A DNA stretch of 64,000 nt from NCBI GenBank assembly GCA_964648765.1, contig CAZYLF010000001.1:165797-229796 (forward strand). Direction: 5' to 3'. The notes under the pieces are model-generated. The model made no database searches. It saw only the letters and a list, made by a program, of their open reading frames with translations, and had not been told where the DNA came from. This DNA is from an uncultured Candidatus Saccharibacteria bacterium (lineage in GTDB: Bacteria > Patescibacteriota > Minisyncoccia > Phycocordibacterales > JACOZG01). The position numbers and the translations under genes were made by a program. Shown here piece after piece: positions 1 to 10,406 of this stretch (the first letter of the stretch is position 1; each line of letters opens with the position of its first letter).

Positions 1-672
1 TGGGTCAGCATTGTGTGGGACCACCACTGGTTTACTCTCAGTCAACTCCCATTTTTGGGCTTCAGCAATGATAAAGACCTGATCAAACTTTGTCTTGGCT
101 TGTCGGATTACCTGCCTTATTTCGACAGGGAAGATACCTGTAAAATGGGAAGTTAAATCGAGGTTTACCTGTTTACTTGTTGCGCGGGTAAAGAGTCGAC
201 CAATCACATCCTCGTAGCATTCTAGTATGGGCATGGGTAACTCCGGGTTGGTTACCAGCTCACATTTTCTGGCTCCAGAACGATAATCACCCCTACTGAC
301 ACCAAAGAAGAATCGAACTAATGGCTCCTCGGTGCCCAAGACGATTAGTTGCGGCCAGCCTTGCTCACTGCGCCATTTAAGCGGTTCTAAGCTCAGTTGG
401 GGCATGTCCTTCAGATTGCCGACCAGTTTCAGCTCATCCCTCTCTTTCTCCAGGTCTAATCTTAGTTTAGTTATTTCAGCTTTGGCATTTTCTTCAGCCC
501 GTGTGAGGTTCTGTTCCCGAAAGCCAATAAGATCAATCTGATTCTGCAATACCTTGACTCGTTTTTTGTTTTCTACGATCTCCAAGTTTGGTTGATCGGT
601 CAACCCGATCTCCCTCTTCATCTTATTGATCGGACTCTCAACGGCCACCGCTGTCGCTACTGCCTTACTCAT
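1..672 (-). CDS. Hypothetical protein, 3' end outside the window (N-terminal coiled-coil-like segment)
   Basis: Not in the ORF track; translated by hand. Open frame from ATG at 672 (MSKAVATAVAVESPINKMKREIG...) to the window edge with no stop; GAAAGGA SD just upstream. Confidence 0.75.
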   Translation of the reverse strand, partial: MSKAVATAVAVESPINKMKREIGLTDQPNLEIVENKKRVKVLQNQIDLIGFREQNLTRAEENAKAEITKLRLDLEKERDELKLVGNLKDMPQLSLEPLKWRSEQGWPQLIVLGTEEPLVRFFFGVSRGDYRSGARKCELVTNPELPMPILECYEDVIGRLFTRATSKQVNLDLTSHFTGIFPVEIRQVIRQAKTKFDQVFIIAEAQKWELTESKPVVVPHNADP

Positions 673-774
673 GATTTGTTCCTTTCGGTTAGGGCACCAA
701 TTCCAACTCGCACTCACGGACACCAAAGCCGTGATTTATCATTTTCTGTGTGAAAGACCACTTTCCCTGGCATA

Positions 775-803
775 GATCTACTCTTCTTAATTAAATTTGT
801 CAA
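775..803 (-). promoter_or_regulatory. Sigma70-type promoter for the 1-672 gene
   Basis: Minus strand TTGACA-17 nt-TAGATC (imperfect -10). Confidence 0.55.
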
Positions 804-919
804 TTTCTTTCGAATTATGTGTTTCAAGAAGTGTCTATTTTTTGTTTTCCACAAGGTGTTGAGATATTTACGCTATACTTAAGTGGCGTGGAGGATTATA
901 AATTTTTAATTATTATCTA

Positions 920-1573
920 ATGTTTAAAACGAAATATTTTTTGGGAGCTTTGGCACTTTTCATAATTTTTGGATTTGGAGTGGCCAAAGCCGAGACCGAT
1001 GACGCAGAAGTGCGTTCAGGTTTGTATTATGTGTTGCAAAATTTACAACAGAAAATTTCTGATTTATCTAACAGCCAAACCGCGCAGGTGAGGAGTGAAG
1101 AGCCAGCGACTTTAATGCAAACTGCATATGTTGGTTTGCCTCCAGGGACTCCAGGGCAAACGTTATATTATTCAGGGACAGGGTCTTCCACCACACCTGG
1201 ATGGAAAGCAACTTCAAATTTACATAATGATGGCAATATTATTACCGTAAATGGACCTAACGACGGAGGGATTCGCCCGTTGGTGGTTAAAGATGGAACT
1301 ATTGCACAGACTGGTGTTGTTAATAGCGGAAACAATTTTTTTGCCAGTCGTGTAATGATCGGTGAATATGGTCTCACAAACAGTGGAGATGGTATTCAAC
1401 TTCGTGTACATAATAATGCGATACAATTGGGAGGTATCGTGACACGCCCGACCTGTGCAGGAAATTATTATCGTGGTGTCATTTGGTTAACTTTTGGCAC
1501 GGGGGGCGCGCCAGACACATTGTCACTTTGTATGAAAACTGGTTCAACCACCTACGCTTGGAAGGATCTCTAA
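920..1573 (+). CDS. Secreted hypothetical protein
   Basis: Signal peptide ending VAKA; Gly/Thr-rich body; C-terminal RPTC...RG.IW...DTL..C.K...YAW motif. Confidence 0.7.
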   Translation: MFKTKYFLGALALFIIFGFGVAKAETDDAEVRSGLYYVLQNLQQKISDLSNSQTAQVRSEEPATLMQTAYVGLPPGTPGQTLYYSGTGSSTTPGWKATSNLHNDGNIITVNGPNDGGIRPLVVKDGTIAQTGVVNSGNNFFASRVMIGEYGLTNSGDGIQLRVHNNAIQLGGIVTRPTCAGNYYRGVIWLTFGTGGAPDTLSLCMKTGSTTYAWKDL

Positions 1574-1694
1574 GTTTTAGTTAAATCAGTAAAAAGTCAC
1601 TCTACTTGCCAAGTATGGCGGGTGGGGTGATTTTGTGCTAGGATAAAAGGGTCGTTTGGAATGATGGCTGGGATGGATAAACGACCCTGATTTT

Positions 1695-2441
1695 ATGCAA
1701 TTAACTAAAGGCTTTTTTGCCTGTTTGCTCGTTTCTGTTATGACGGTTTGGGGTGTAGGGGCGCCTAGCGCCTCGGCTTTCTCGTTCTCCAGCCTGTGGA
1801 ATACTATTATCGGTGCAGAGGAGGAAAAGCCAGCCCCAACCCCGGTTTCCTCCTCATCTGTTTCTAGTTTTAGTGCCACGCCTGCAGTTACGAGTTTTAA
1901 AAGTTTGCCTGCCTCTGGCGACGTGCCAATGATTTTAGAAAGCTTCCCTGCTGATGGCGCGATTGATGCTCGCATGCCTGATTTTGGTTGGAATCAAGTT
2001 GAGATTGTTTTTGACCGTGAGCCTGACCAAGTTTTTTTAAGTGATTTTATGGTTTCAACTAGTCTTAAGACCCCACTAAACGTGGCGGTGGAGAGTGTGA
2101 CCTCAACTAGTTCTGACCGACTTGTTTTAACCCTCAATCAACCAATCCCAGTGCTTGCTCGCACTGCAATTACCTATTTGCCTACGGGGCAGAGGGTTTG
2201 CTTAGGTTATTTGCCGGGTGATGTAAACCAAAACGGAATTACTGATGCCAATGACGCCTTTCAGCTCTTAGGTGAGCTTGGTAAACCTGACTCAGTTGCT
2301 CATGAGAAGATGTATGCCTACGACATTGACCGCAGTGGCAACTTTGACGGCGCTGATGCCTCACGTCTCATGGCCCTTTTAAGTGGCCGTGAAGATTCTC
2401 AGAAATGGAAGGGCGAGACGATTGGTGTTGATTGTGAATAA
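1695..2441 (+). CDS. Secreted protein with C-terminal dockerin-like double Ca-binding loop
   Basis: Signal peptide, Ser/Pro linker, then GDVNQNGITDANDA and YDIDRSGNFDGADA repeats typical of dockerin type I. Confidence 0.7.
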   Translation: MQLTKGFFACLLVSVMTVWGVGAPSASAFSFSSLWNTIIGAEEEKPAPTPVSSSSVSSFSATPAVTSFKSLPASGDVPMILESFPADGAIDARMPDFGWNQVEIVFDREPDQVFLSDFMVSTSLKTPLNVAVESVTSTSSDRLVLTLNQPIPVLARTAITYLPTGQRVCLGYLPGDVNQNGITDANDAFQLLGELGKPDSVAHEKMYAYDIDRSGNFDGADASRLMALLSGREDSQKWKGETIGVDCE

Positions 2442-2466
2442 AATTATTATAAATTAATAAAATTTT

Positions 2467-4545
2467 ATGATTAAAAAATATTTTTTGGTGTGGATGTTGG
2501 TGCTTGCACTCGTTGTGCCGGTAATAACAATGGCTCGCGAGAATGACGACAGCCCTCAAGACGAGGATGATCAGGAGGAGATGGATGATAGTGGTCAAGA
2601 CAGCGAGAGCGATCAAAATGATGACGATGAAGATAATGACAATGACGACAATGGTAACGATGACAGTGAGAGTGATTCTGAAACCGTCGCTGAGTTAAGA
2701 GCTAAAATTGCTGAGCTCATGGCTTTAATTGCCAGATTGCAAGGTAATGCCCCAAATCCAAGTCGTGGTGAGTGCACTCTTAGCGCTGATTTTGCTCGTG
2801 ATTTATTTTTTGGTGATCAAGATTTTGGCTCAAATAAGAGCATAGAGGCTTTGCAGAAGGCTTTAGCCAAGCGTGGTTTGTTAAACATGCCACAGGGTGC
2901 TGCTTATGGATTTTTTGGTAATTTAACTCGCATTGCCCTTGAGAGATTCCAAATTCAGAATGGAATAAGTGAAAAATATAAAGATGGTTACGCTTATGTC
3001 GGTCCCCAAACCCGCCGAGCTTTAAGTGGATGCAGTGGACAAAATCCTACTCGATTAGCTCCGACTTGCTCTCTTTCATCTAACAAGAGTTCATACTCTC
3101 TTGGAGAGACGATTACGTATTATTGGACAAGTCAAAATGCAACATACGCATCATGGCAGCAAGATAATTCTGGCAAAGATCATCTCTGGTTGCCAGGGGA
3201 CAAACTGTCTGCGAATGGTTCGCAACAAGTGACGGCAAGTGTAATTGGAAATCCTCCAGTAACTCTCATGGTTGGCGGTGTCAATAATGGTACTGGTTCA
3301 TGTACTAAGGTAGTAAACGTTACCGCTGGTGGCCATAACAACAATCTCCCTCCAATAATCCACGGAGTAAGTGGCCCAACAAGTTTGAAAGTTGGGGAAA
3401 GGGGAACTTGGACGGTGAAAGCCACCGATCCTGAAAATGGTAGTCTCCGTTATTCTGCAAGATGGGGTGATGAAGCCACATCTGCCAATGAGACATTAAA
3501 CGGATCGGGTTCTCAACAGTCTGTAACTTTTTCTCACGTTTATGGTTGGCCAAATGGATCATCCAAAGACACCTACCGCCCAACATTTACTGTCACCGAT
3601 AACAATGGCTTGAGTGCCGTTACAAGTGTTACCGTAAGTATGAAAGGAGAAAGCTCTAGTTCAATTACTTGTACTGGATTAGAAATGGTTTGGCCTGAGA
3701 ATAATATTTACAATAGGCGAGAACCTTATACTTACCAAAATGATCTCTGCGATGGATACCGAATTGTGAGAGGAAACACGATTACTCCTTCTTGTTATAA
3801 CTGGAATGAGTGCCAACCTCAAGCAGCTCAAAATGGTGGAACTTGTGTAAATATCGCATCTGCTAAATTACAGTGCCAAAATACTACTCCAAGTAATCCT
3901 AATATTCGGGTCACTTACCCTAATGGTGGAGAAAGGATTGATATTGGTTCGGATATTAAAGTAAAGTGGTCGGGGAATGATAGTTCGGTTAAGGTTTATA
4001 TCGAAAAAATGTACAACGGCCAGTTTGCGACAGCGGGAGAAATCCAAACATCGTCTAACGATTATAATAATGAATGGGTGCTTTGGAATGCAAAAACTCT
4101 AAAGGACTCGACGTCGTATGGTGCTCAGTTTTACAACCTATCTCCTGGGCAATACTGGGTGAAGGTATGTTATCAGAATAGTTTCACCTGTGATTACAGT
4201 GATAATTATTTTGTTCTTCAAAATGCCCCGTCAAACGACCCAACAGCAAATTACCTCAAGCTCCGCTCGCCAAATGGCGGGGAGACGTGGAGAAAAGGCT
4301 CAAGTCAGGAAGTAAGTTGGGCTTATGGTCAGAGTAACTGGGATATCGGAATCTTCTTGGTCCCTGCACCTTACACGGGCTCAGGTACGTTTATTGTCCG
4401 TTCTGCAAATGACGCTCAACAATCTGTGGTTGTACCAGAGGGGCTGTCAGAAGGTAATTATAAATTAAAGATTGAATGTACAAATTGCAGCGCCCAAGAC
4501 CTCGGCACGATTGATTACAGCGACAGCAATATCATCGTAGAATAA
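2467..4545 (+). CDS. Modular surface protein: acidic tract, coiled coil, peptidoglycan-binding domain, PKD/Ig-like domains
   Basis: Signal peptide; D/E-rich stretch; IEALQKAL..GFFGNLTRIALERFQ..VGPQTRRAL (PG_binding_1-like); WGD..FSHVY..FTVTD (PKD-like); two PNGGE Ig-like modules. Confidence 0.75.
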   Translation: MIKKYFLVWMLVLALVVPVITMARENDDSPQDEDDQEEMDDSGQDSESDQNDDDEDNDNDDNGNDDSESDSETVAELRAKIAELMALIARLQGNAPNPSRGECTLSADFARDLFFGDQDFGSNKSIEALQKALAKRGLLNMPQGAAYGFFGNLTRIALERFQIQNGISEKYKDGYAYVGPQTRRALSGCSGQNPTRLAPTCSLSSNKSSYSLGETITYYWTSQNATYASWQQDNSGKDHLWLPGDKLSANGSQQVTASVIGNPPVTLMVGGVNNGTGSCTKVVNVTAGGHNNNLPPIIHGVSGPTSLKVGERGTWTVKATDPENGSLRYSARWGDEATSANETLNGSGSQQSVTFSHVYGWPNGSSKDTYRPTFTVTDNNGLSAVTSVTVSMKGESSSSITCTGLEMVWPENNIYNRREPYTYQNDLCDGYRIVRGNTITPSCYNWNECQPQAAQNGGTCVNIASAKLQCQNTTPSNPNIRVTYPNGGERIDIGSDIKVKWSGNDSSVKVYIEKMYNGQFATAGEIQTSSNDYNNEWVLWNAKTLKDSTSYGAQFYNLSPGQYWVKVCYQNSFTCDYSDNYFVLQNAPSNDPTANYLKLRSPNGGETWRKGSSQEVSWAYGQSNWDIGIFLVPAPYTGSGTFIVRSANDAQQSVVVPEGLSEGNYKLKIECTNCSAQDLGTIDYSDSNIIVE

Positions 4546-4562
4546 TCTAATTTAAATTAACC

Positions 4563-4594
4563 AAAACAGCTCCCACGTAGGGAGTTGTTTTTTT
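4563..4594 (+). terminator. Intrinsic terminator
   Basis: AAAACAGCTCCC-acgta-GGGAGTTGTTTT followed by a T-tract. Confidence 0.75.
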
Positions 4595-4667
4595 ATTGCT
4601 CACTTTTTGGGCAGTGGTATGATGGTAATATTGAGATTGAAGTATATTAACTAATAATTAAATTTAC

Positions 4668-6122
4668 ATGATTAAAAAATATTTGTTGGGATTGGTTTTG
4701 GGACTGATGATCATACCTCAAATGGGTAACGCCCAAACAGCAAGCGAATTGCAAAGGATGATCAATGAATTGATTAGTCGCCTGGAGCAAATTAGAAATA
4801 ATTCTAATACAAATAATAATGCATTTTTTAAGCTCGAATCGCCAAATAATGGCGGCACCTGGCGTCCGGGAGATAGTATGAGGGTTGAATGGAGTTACAA
4901 TACAGCCGAATTTACAGGTCAGGATGTTTTGGTGGTTTTATCGCCGGTTAATCTGTCTAACTCTAACCCAGAAATTATTATTGCTAGGACTACAAATCAA
5001 ACAAACTTTATAGATATTGCCATCGGAGATCATCTGTCTAAACAGGATTACAATATAAGAGTTTGCGCTAATAAAAATTCTGGCGGAAGTAGTTGTGATA
5101 CTACCGATCACTTCATTAGGATTGCTCATTCACTTAATGCTTCAAAAAGGCCCGATCTTTCTGTGATGAGCTTTGGTTTAAATGATACTGGGCCCTTCGT
5201 CACATTTTGTAACAATGGATTAACCAATGTTTCAAGATTCCCTCTTGTTATAAGTATTGATGGGGTAGAGAGAGAATTTGAGATGTCAGCTTATCGACAA
5301 GCGAACACGCAATGCGGTACGCGCCATCAATGGGAATACGCGACCTGGGGACTAAATAATAGAAAAAACCACACTGGTTACGCGGAAGTTGATCCAGAAA
5401 ATGATTACAGAGAGGCAAACGAAAATAACAATAAGTTAACCTCTTCATTTAGACAAAACAACGTGGAGGCGATTTCTTTCTCATCTCCACTAGCTAGAGA
5501 TAATTGGCAGGCTGGCGATCGAACTCGTGTGCAGTGGAAAAACAATACAAATGAAATTAGCCGATCAACAAAGATTAATATTAGGTTACTGACGGCCAAC
5601 CATCGTTTAGCAAGTGGTTTTACTCCGATTGATACTAAAAATGATGGTTCAGAATATGTGGATGTGTCAGAGGTTCCACCGGGAGATTATTATTTCCAAA
5701 TCACGGGGCGTAGTAGTAATTTAACCCCAGACTACTTCTCCTTTGACAGTGGGGTATTTAGTATAAGTAATTGGGAGGTGAGTGGTGGTAATTCTGCACC
5801 ACAAATACTTCGTGTAAACGGGCCAGTAGATTATCAAGGTAGGGAGATTAGCGAGATTTATAATGGTCCAATTCGCGTGAACCAGTACGCAGAATGGGAG
5901 TTTGAGGCTGAGGATGAAGATGGTGATAGCTTGGTGTGGAGTGTAAATTATGGAGATGGGTCTTATTACTCTGATAGATCCTGTCAAAATCCTAGCAGTA
6001 GTAATGCGCCATACATTGCTTCTCATTATTGGGGATCGCCAGGTAATTATCGTATGGCAGTAACAGCAAATGATTGCCAGGGTGGTACCGATACTTTTGG
6101 TTTAACTGTGATTGTTAATTAG
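4668..6122 (+). CDS. Secreted Ig-fold protein (CARDB-like and PKD-like domains)
   Basis: Signal peptide; PDL...VDPENDYREANENNN (CARDB-like); DEDGDSLVWSVNYGDG...H.W..PG.Y (PKD-like). Confidence 0.7.
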   Translation: MIKKYLLGLVLGLMIIPQMGNAQTASELQRMINELISRLEQIRNNSNTNNNAFFKLESPNNGGTWRPGDSMRVEWSYNTAEFTGQDVLVVLSPVNLSNSNPEIIIARTTNQTNFIDIAIGDHLSKQDYNIRVCANKNSGGSSCDTTDHFIRIAHSLNASKRPDLSVMSFGLNDTGPFVTFCNNGLTNVSRFPLVISIDGVEREFEMSAYRQANTQCGTRHQWEYATWGLNNRKNHTGYAEVDPENDYREANENNNKLTSSFRQNNVEAISFSSPLARDNWQAGDRTRVQWKNNTNEISRSTKINIRLLTANHRLASGFTPIDTKNDGSEYVDVSEVPPGDYYFQITGRSSNLTPDYFSFDSGVFSISNWEVSGGNSAPQILRVNGPVDYQGREISEIYNGPIRVNQYAEWEFEAEDEDGDSLVWSVNYGDGSYYSDRSCQNPSSSNAPYIASHYWGSPGNYRMAVTANDCQGGTDTFGLTVIVN

Positions 6123-6169
6123 ATTTCTGTAGGCTTGAAAAAATTATAGTAAAGAGGTAGAATGGCGCC

Positions 6170-6430
6170 ATGGAAGGTGAAAGCAAAAAAGGTTATTGGC
6201 TTGTGGCTATAGTGGCAATTGTCATTGTGGTGGCCATTTATTGGGCTCTTAAGGACGAAGCGGCTGCCCCTACCGACCAAACCGGAGCGGTAGGCGGTGT
6301 TTGTACTCAAGACGTAAAGCGTTGCGCAGACGGATCTTATGTGCAAAGGATTGCCCCTACTTGTGAGTTTGCTGCTTGTGCCGAGCCAATCATTCCTAAT
6401 GTCGAAGTCCCTGCCGATTGGGAGAAGTAG
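6170..6430 (+). CDS. Small membrane-anchored protein with a 4-Cys motif
   Basis: N-terminal TM helix and CTQDVKRCADGSYVQRIAPTCEFAAC; TTGAAA-17-TAGAAT-6-ATG upstream. Confidence 0.7.
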   Translation: MEGESKKGYWLVAIVAIVIVVAIYWALKDEAAAPTDQTGAVGGVCTQDVKRCADGSYVQRIAPTCEFAACAEPIIPNVEVPADWEK

Positions 6431-6432
6431 AT

Positions 6433-6461
6433 TTGACTATTTCTTCAATCTTGTATAGGAT
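6433..6461 (+). promoter_or_regulatory. Sigma70 promoter of tuf-S10 cluster
   Basis: TTGACT-17 nt-TAGGAT. Confidence 0.65.
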
Positions 6462-6514
6462 TGACGATACGCTATTTTGAATAGTTATTATTTTTATTAG
6501 TTAAATTAAAAAAT

Positions 6515-7708
6515 ATGGCAGATAAATTTGAACGCACTAAGCCCCACGTTAACGTTGGCACAATTGGCCACGTTGACCACGGCAAAACCACGCTCACCGC
6601 GGGTATTTTACATGTTTTAAACTTAGCTGGTTTCAAGGCTAAAGTTAAGGGAGTTGACGAGATCGACTCCGCTCCTGAAGAGAAGGCGCGCGGTATTACT
6701 ATTGCCCTCTCTCACCAAGAATATGAATCTGAGAAGCGTCACTATGCTCACATCGACGCTCCAGGTCACGCTGACTATATTAAGAACATGATCACTGGTG
6801 CCGCTCAGATGGACGGCGCAGTGCTCGTGGTAGCTGCTACAGACGGCGCGATGCCTCAGACTCGTGAACACGTACTCTTGGCTCGCCAAGTAGGTGTACC
6901 TAAGATCATCGTCTTCTTAAACAAAGTAGATATGGTGGACGACAAAGACATGGTGGATCTCGTAGAAGCTGAAATCCGCGAACTCTTAACTAAGTATCAA
7001 TACGACGGCGACAATGCTCCGATTATCCGTGGTTCTGGTCTTAAAGCTCTCGAGGCAAAGACAAAGGATGATGAGTGGGCCAAGCCAATTATGGAATTAG
7101 TGAAGGCTATGGACGAATACATTCCTGAGCCGGTTCGTGATCTCGACAAGCCATTCTTGATGCCTATTGAAGACATCTTCTCTATTGAAGGTCGTGGGAC
7201 TGTGGTCACTGGACGTATCGAGCGCGGACGCATTAAGGTAGGTGAGGAAGCTGAGATCGTGGGTCTTGCTCCAACTGCCAAAACTACTATTACTGGTATT
7301 GAAATGTTCAACAAGCAACTCGACGAGGGTCAGGCTGGAGACAACGCTGGTATCTTGCTTCGTGGTACTAAAAAGGAAGATGTAACTCGCGGACAAGTTA
7401 TCTCTAAGCCAGGTTCTGTAACTCCTCATACTGAGTTTGAGTCAGAAGTTTACATCTTAAAGAAGGAAGAGGGCGGTCGCCACACTCCATTCTTTACTGG
7501 CTACAAGCCACAATTTTACCTCCGTACTACGGACGTAACTGGTGAAGTAACTTTGGCTGAAGGCGTGAAGATGGTAATGCCAGGCGACACTGTAACCTTT
7601 AAGGTCAAATTGGTTGCTCCAGTGGCCCTTGAAGACAAACAACGCTTTGCTATCCGTGAGGGTGGTAAGACCGTAGGAGCCGGTGTGGTTACTAAAGTTG
7701 TCGCTTAA
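6515..7708 (+). CDS. tuf: Elongation factor Tu
   Basis: [44 protein letters not shown]. Confidence 0.99.
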   Translation: MADKFERTKPHVNVGTIGHVDHGKTTLTAGILHVLNLAGFKAKVKGVDEIDSAPEEKARGITIALSHQEYESEKRHYAHIDAPGHADYIKNMITGAAQMDGAVLVVAATDGAMPQTREHVLLARQVGVPKIIVFLNKVDMVDDKDMVDLVEAEIRELLTKYQYDGDNAPIIRGSGLKALEAKTKDDEWAKPIMELVKAMDEYIPEPVRDLDKPFLMPIEDIFSIEGRGTVVTGRIERGRIKVGEEAEIVGLAPTAKTTITGIEMFNKQLDEGQAGDNAGILLRGTKKEDVTRGQVISKPGSVTPHTEFESEVYILKKEEGGRHTPFFTGYKPQFYLRTTDVTGEVTLAEGVKMVMPGDTVTFKVKLVAPVALEDKQRFAIREGGKTVGAGVVTKVVA

Positions 7709-7726
7709 TTAAAATAATAAATTTCC

Positions 7727-8089
7727 ATGGCGGCAAAAGCTAAAGCGGGGGCCAAGACTAAGGCAGGAGAGGACGCATCCAATATCCAAAAGATTCGGAT
7801 CCGGGTTTCCGCTTATGAAAATAAGGTTTTGGACGCCAGTGTAAAGCAGATCGTAGACACCGCCACTCGTTATGATGGCACCGTTTACGGACCAGTGCCG
7901 TTGCCAACGGAAATTAAAAAGTACACTGTTAACCGCGGAGCGTTTGTTCATAAAAATGCGCGCGAGCAGTTTGAAATGCGCATTCACAAGCGCTTGGTGG
8001 ACATACTTAACCCATCAGGCAAACTTATTGAAAGTTTAACCAGCTTAGACTTACCATCAGGCGTCAATATTGATGTGAAGATGATGTAG
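7727..8089 (+). CDS. rpsJ: 30S ribosomal protein S10
   Basis: KIRIR, GPVPLPT, REQFEMRIHKRL; follows tuf. Confidence 0.97.
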   Translation: MAAKAKAGAKTKAGEDASNIQKIRIRVSAYENKVLDASVKQIVDTATRYDGTVYGPVPLPTEIKKYTVNRGAFVHKNAREQFEMRIHKRLVDILNPSGKLIESLTSLDLPSGVNIDVKMM

Positions 8090-8113
8090 TGTTAGTTACT
8101 ATGTTAAATCAAC

Positions 8114-8545
8114 ATGAAATTTACAACCGGCCGAAAACTCAATATGACGCAAATCTTTCACGACGATGGTCGGGTGGAATCAGTGACGGTGATTGCGGGG
8201 GAGAAGGACGATAAGTCACCTCTAACGCAATTTGAAGTTGGCGATACAGTTAAAATCTCCGGCATCTCTAAGGGGCGGGGATTTCAAGGTGTAGTTAAGC
8301 GCCATGGCTTCCATGGTGGACGTCGTACTCATGGTCAAAAGCACTCTGAGCGCGAGCCAGGCTCTATTGGAGGTGGTTTAAGAACTCGTGTGCCTAAAGG
8401 TATGCGCATGGCCGGCCGAATGGGTGGTGATCGAGTCACAATCAAAAATTTAAAGATTGTGGCGGTAAATGGCGAGGTTAATCAGCTCCTTATTTCTGGA
8501 GCGATTCCTGGTCGTCGCGGTACTTTAATTGAAATCAGAGGTTAA
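8114..8545 (+). CDS. rplC: 50S ribosomal protein L3 (short form, 143 aa)
   Basis: KLNMTQIF, GISKGRGFQGVVKRHGF, REPGSIG, GMRMAGRMG, GAIPG; gene order. Confidence 0.93.
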   Translation: MKFTTGRKLNMTQIFHDDGRVESVTVIAGEKDDKSPLTQFEVGDTVKISGISKGRGFQGVVKRHGFHGGRRTHGQKHSEREPGSIGGGLRTRVPKGMRMAGRMGGDRVTIKNLKIVAVNGEVNQLLISGAIPGRRGTLIEIRG

Positions 8546-8550
8546 TTATC

Positions 8551-9189
8551 ATGGAAGCAACAATCTACAATCAAAAAGGTAAAAGCGAAGGTAAGATCAC
8601 CTTACCCGAAGAGATGTTTGCTTTGCCTTGGAACAATAACTTGGTTCACCAGGTTGTAACTTCTATGGAGTCTAATGAGCGCACTAACCGAGCACATGCC
8701 AAGGGGCGTGGCGAGGTACGTGGTGGAGGTAAAAAGCCATGGCGCCAAAAGGGCACTGGTCGCTCTCGTCATGGCTCTATCCGTTCTCCTATTTGGCGTG
8801 GTGGAGGTGCCACTCATGGTCCTACCAACGAGCGTAATTATTTTAAGAAAGTAAATAAGAAGGCTAAAGCTAAAGCTTTGTTTACGATTTTGTCGGCTAA
8901 ACACCGTGATAATGAAGTAATTTTTGTCGACAAACTCGATCTTGAGGGTAAGACTAAAAATGCGGTGGCAATTCTTAAAAATCTAAGCCAAATTAAGGGT
9001 TTTGAAAAGATTAATTACCAAAAGGGTAATCGAGCGATTCTTGCTTTGCCAGCTCAAAACAAAGATGTTAATCGTGGTTTCAAAAACGTAAAGAGCGCGA
9101 TTGTTAAAACCTTTACTTCCATCAGCCCAGTCGAGGCTTTACGTTATAAATATTTGGTGATTGTGGAACCTGCGGTTGCATTAAAATAA
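8551..9189 (+). CDS. rplD: 50S ribosomal protein L4
   Basis: RGEVRGGGKKPWRQKGTGR, SPIWRGGG. Confidence 0.97.
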   Translation: MEATIYNQKGKSEGKITLPEEMFALPWNNNLVHQVVTSMESNERTNRAHAKGRGEVRGGGKKPWRQKGTGRSRHGSIRSPIWRGGGATHGPTNERNYFKKVNKKAKAKALFTILSAKHRDNEVIFVDKLDLEGKTKNAVAILKNLSQIKGFEKINYQKGNRAILALPAQNKDVNRGFKNVKSAIVKTFTSISPVEALRYKYLVIVEPAVALK

Positions 9190-9192
9190 TTT

Positions 9193-9513
9193 ATGTCAAA
9201 AATTGGTAAACAATTAAATCAAGAAGAGATTATTTTGGTAAAACCTCACATTACCGAAAAGGCTACGGCTTTAGCCACCGCTGACGCTACGCATCCGGTG
9301 TATGTGTTTCAAGTTGCTCCGGACGCTCGTAAAAATATAATTGCCCACGCAATTAAAAAGATTTTTAATGTTACCCCGGTAAAAATTAACATCATTAACG
9401 TGAAGGCCAAAAAGATTACGCCTCGCGGTCGCCGTGGCCGACCGGGTCACTCAACCGGATTTAAAAAGGCTTTAGTGATGCTTAAAAAAGGCGACAAAAT
9501 TGAAATTGTTTAA
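9193..9513 (+). CDS. rplW: 50S ribosomal protein L23
   Basis: [23 protein letters not shown]; gene order. Confidence 0.93.
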   Translation: MSKIGKQLNQEEIILVKPHITEKATALATADATHPVYVFQVAPDARKNIIAHAIKKIFNVTPVKINIINVKAKKITPRGRRGRPGHSTGFKKALVMLKKGDKIEIV

Positions 9514-9521
9514 ATAAAAAT

Positions 9522-10364
9522 ATGAAAAGCTACCGACCAACAACTAAATCACGCCGCGGAATGACCACGATCTCATATCGAGATCACATTACTGCTTCTG
9601 AGCCGATGAAATCTCTGGTGAGTGGATTCAAACGTTCTGTAGGACGCAATAACGCTGGCCGTATCACCGTGCGCCATAAGGGTGGTGGCCACAAGCGCCT
9701 CTACCGTGATATTGATTTTAAATACGACAAAATAAACATTCCGGGTGTTATCAAAACTATTGAGTATGATCCAAATCGTACTGGTTTTATTGCCCTTATT
9801 TCATACCGTGACGGCGCCTATCGTTATCAATTAGTACCATCTGGGCTAAAGGTCGGCGATCAGGTAATTGCTTCAGAACAGGCCGAAATTAAAACTGGTA
9901 ATCGTTTACCACTCCGCGCTATTCCAATTGGTACTTTTGTTTACAATATTGAGATTCAGCCAGGAGGGGGCGCTAAGATGGTGCGCTCGGCTGGTAATTT
10001 TGCTGAGGTGCTCTCCATCGACGGTGGTTATGTAAACGTTAAGTTACCTTCTACAGAAGTACGTAAAATCCGCGAAACTGCTTGGGCTTCTATTGGCACA
10101 GTTTCAAACGAGGAAAATCATTTGGTGAATTTGGGTAAGGCCGGACGCTCTCGCTGGCTTGGTATTAGGCCTACGGTGCGTGGTACTGCGATGAATCCTG
10201 TGGATCATCCACATGGTGGAGGTGAGGGCCGTCAGGGTCGAGGTTTACGCCGCGCTAAGAGCATGTGGGGCAAACCTACTGGCAAGGGCCAGAAGTCTCG
10301 TCGACCAAAGAAGCATTCCAACCAGTTTATTGTTTCTAGACGAGTTAAAAAATCTAAGGGGTAA
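9522..10364 (+). CDS. rplB: 50S ribosomal protein L2
   Basis: [33 protein letters not shown]. Confidence 0.98.
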   Translation: MKSYRPTTKSRRGMTTISYRDHITASEPMKSLVSGFKRSVGRNNAGRITVRHKGGGHKRLYRDIDFKYDKINIPGVIKTIEYDPNRTGFIALISYRDGAYRYQLVPSGLKVGDQVIASEQAEIKTGNRLPLRAIPIGTFVYNIEIQPGGGAKMVRSAGNFAEVLSIDGGYVNVKLPSTEVRKIRETAWASIGTVSNEENHLVNLGKAGRSRWLGIRPTVRGTAMNPVDHPHGGGEGRQGRGLRRAKSMWGKPTGKGQKSRRPKKHSNQFIVSRRVKKSKG

Positions 10365-10367
10365 AAA

Positions 10368-10396
10368 TTGACTGTTTAGGCCTATTTTGTTAGCAT
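10368..10396 (+). promoter_or_regulatory. Internal promoter before rpsS
   Basis: TTGACT-17 nt-TAGCAT with extended TG. Confidence 0.55.
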
Positions 10397-10406
10397 TTGT
10401 TTTCCC

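Noticed and set aside
332-541. 69-aa plus-strand ORF in the track
   Set aside because: Antisense shadow of the longer SD-led minus-strand ORF 672-1.
2545-2680. GAT/GAC-rich tract as a tandem repeat element
   Set aside because: It is low-complexity coding sequence for an Asp/Glu-rich linker.
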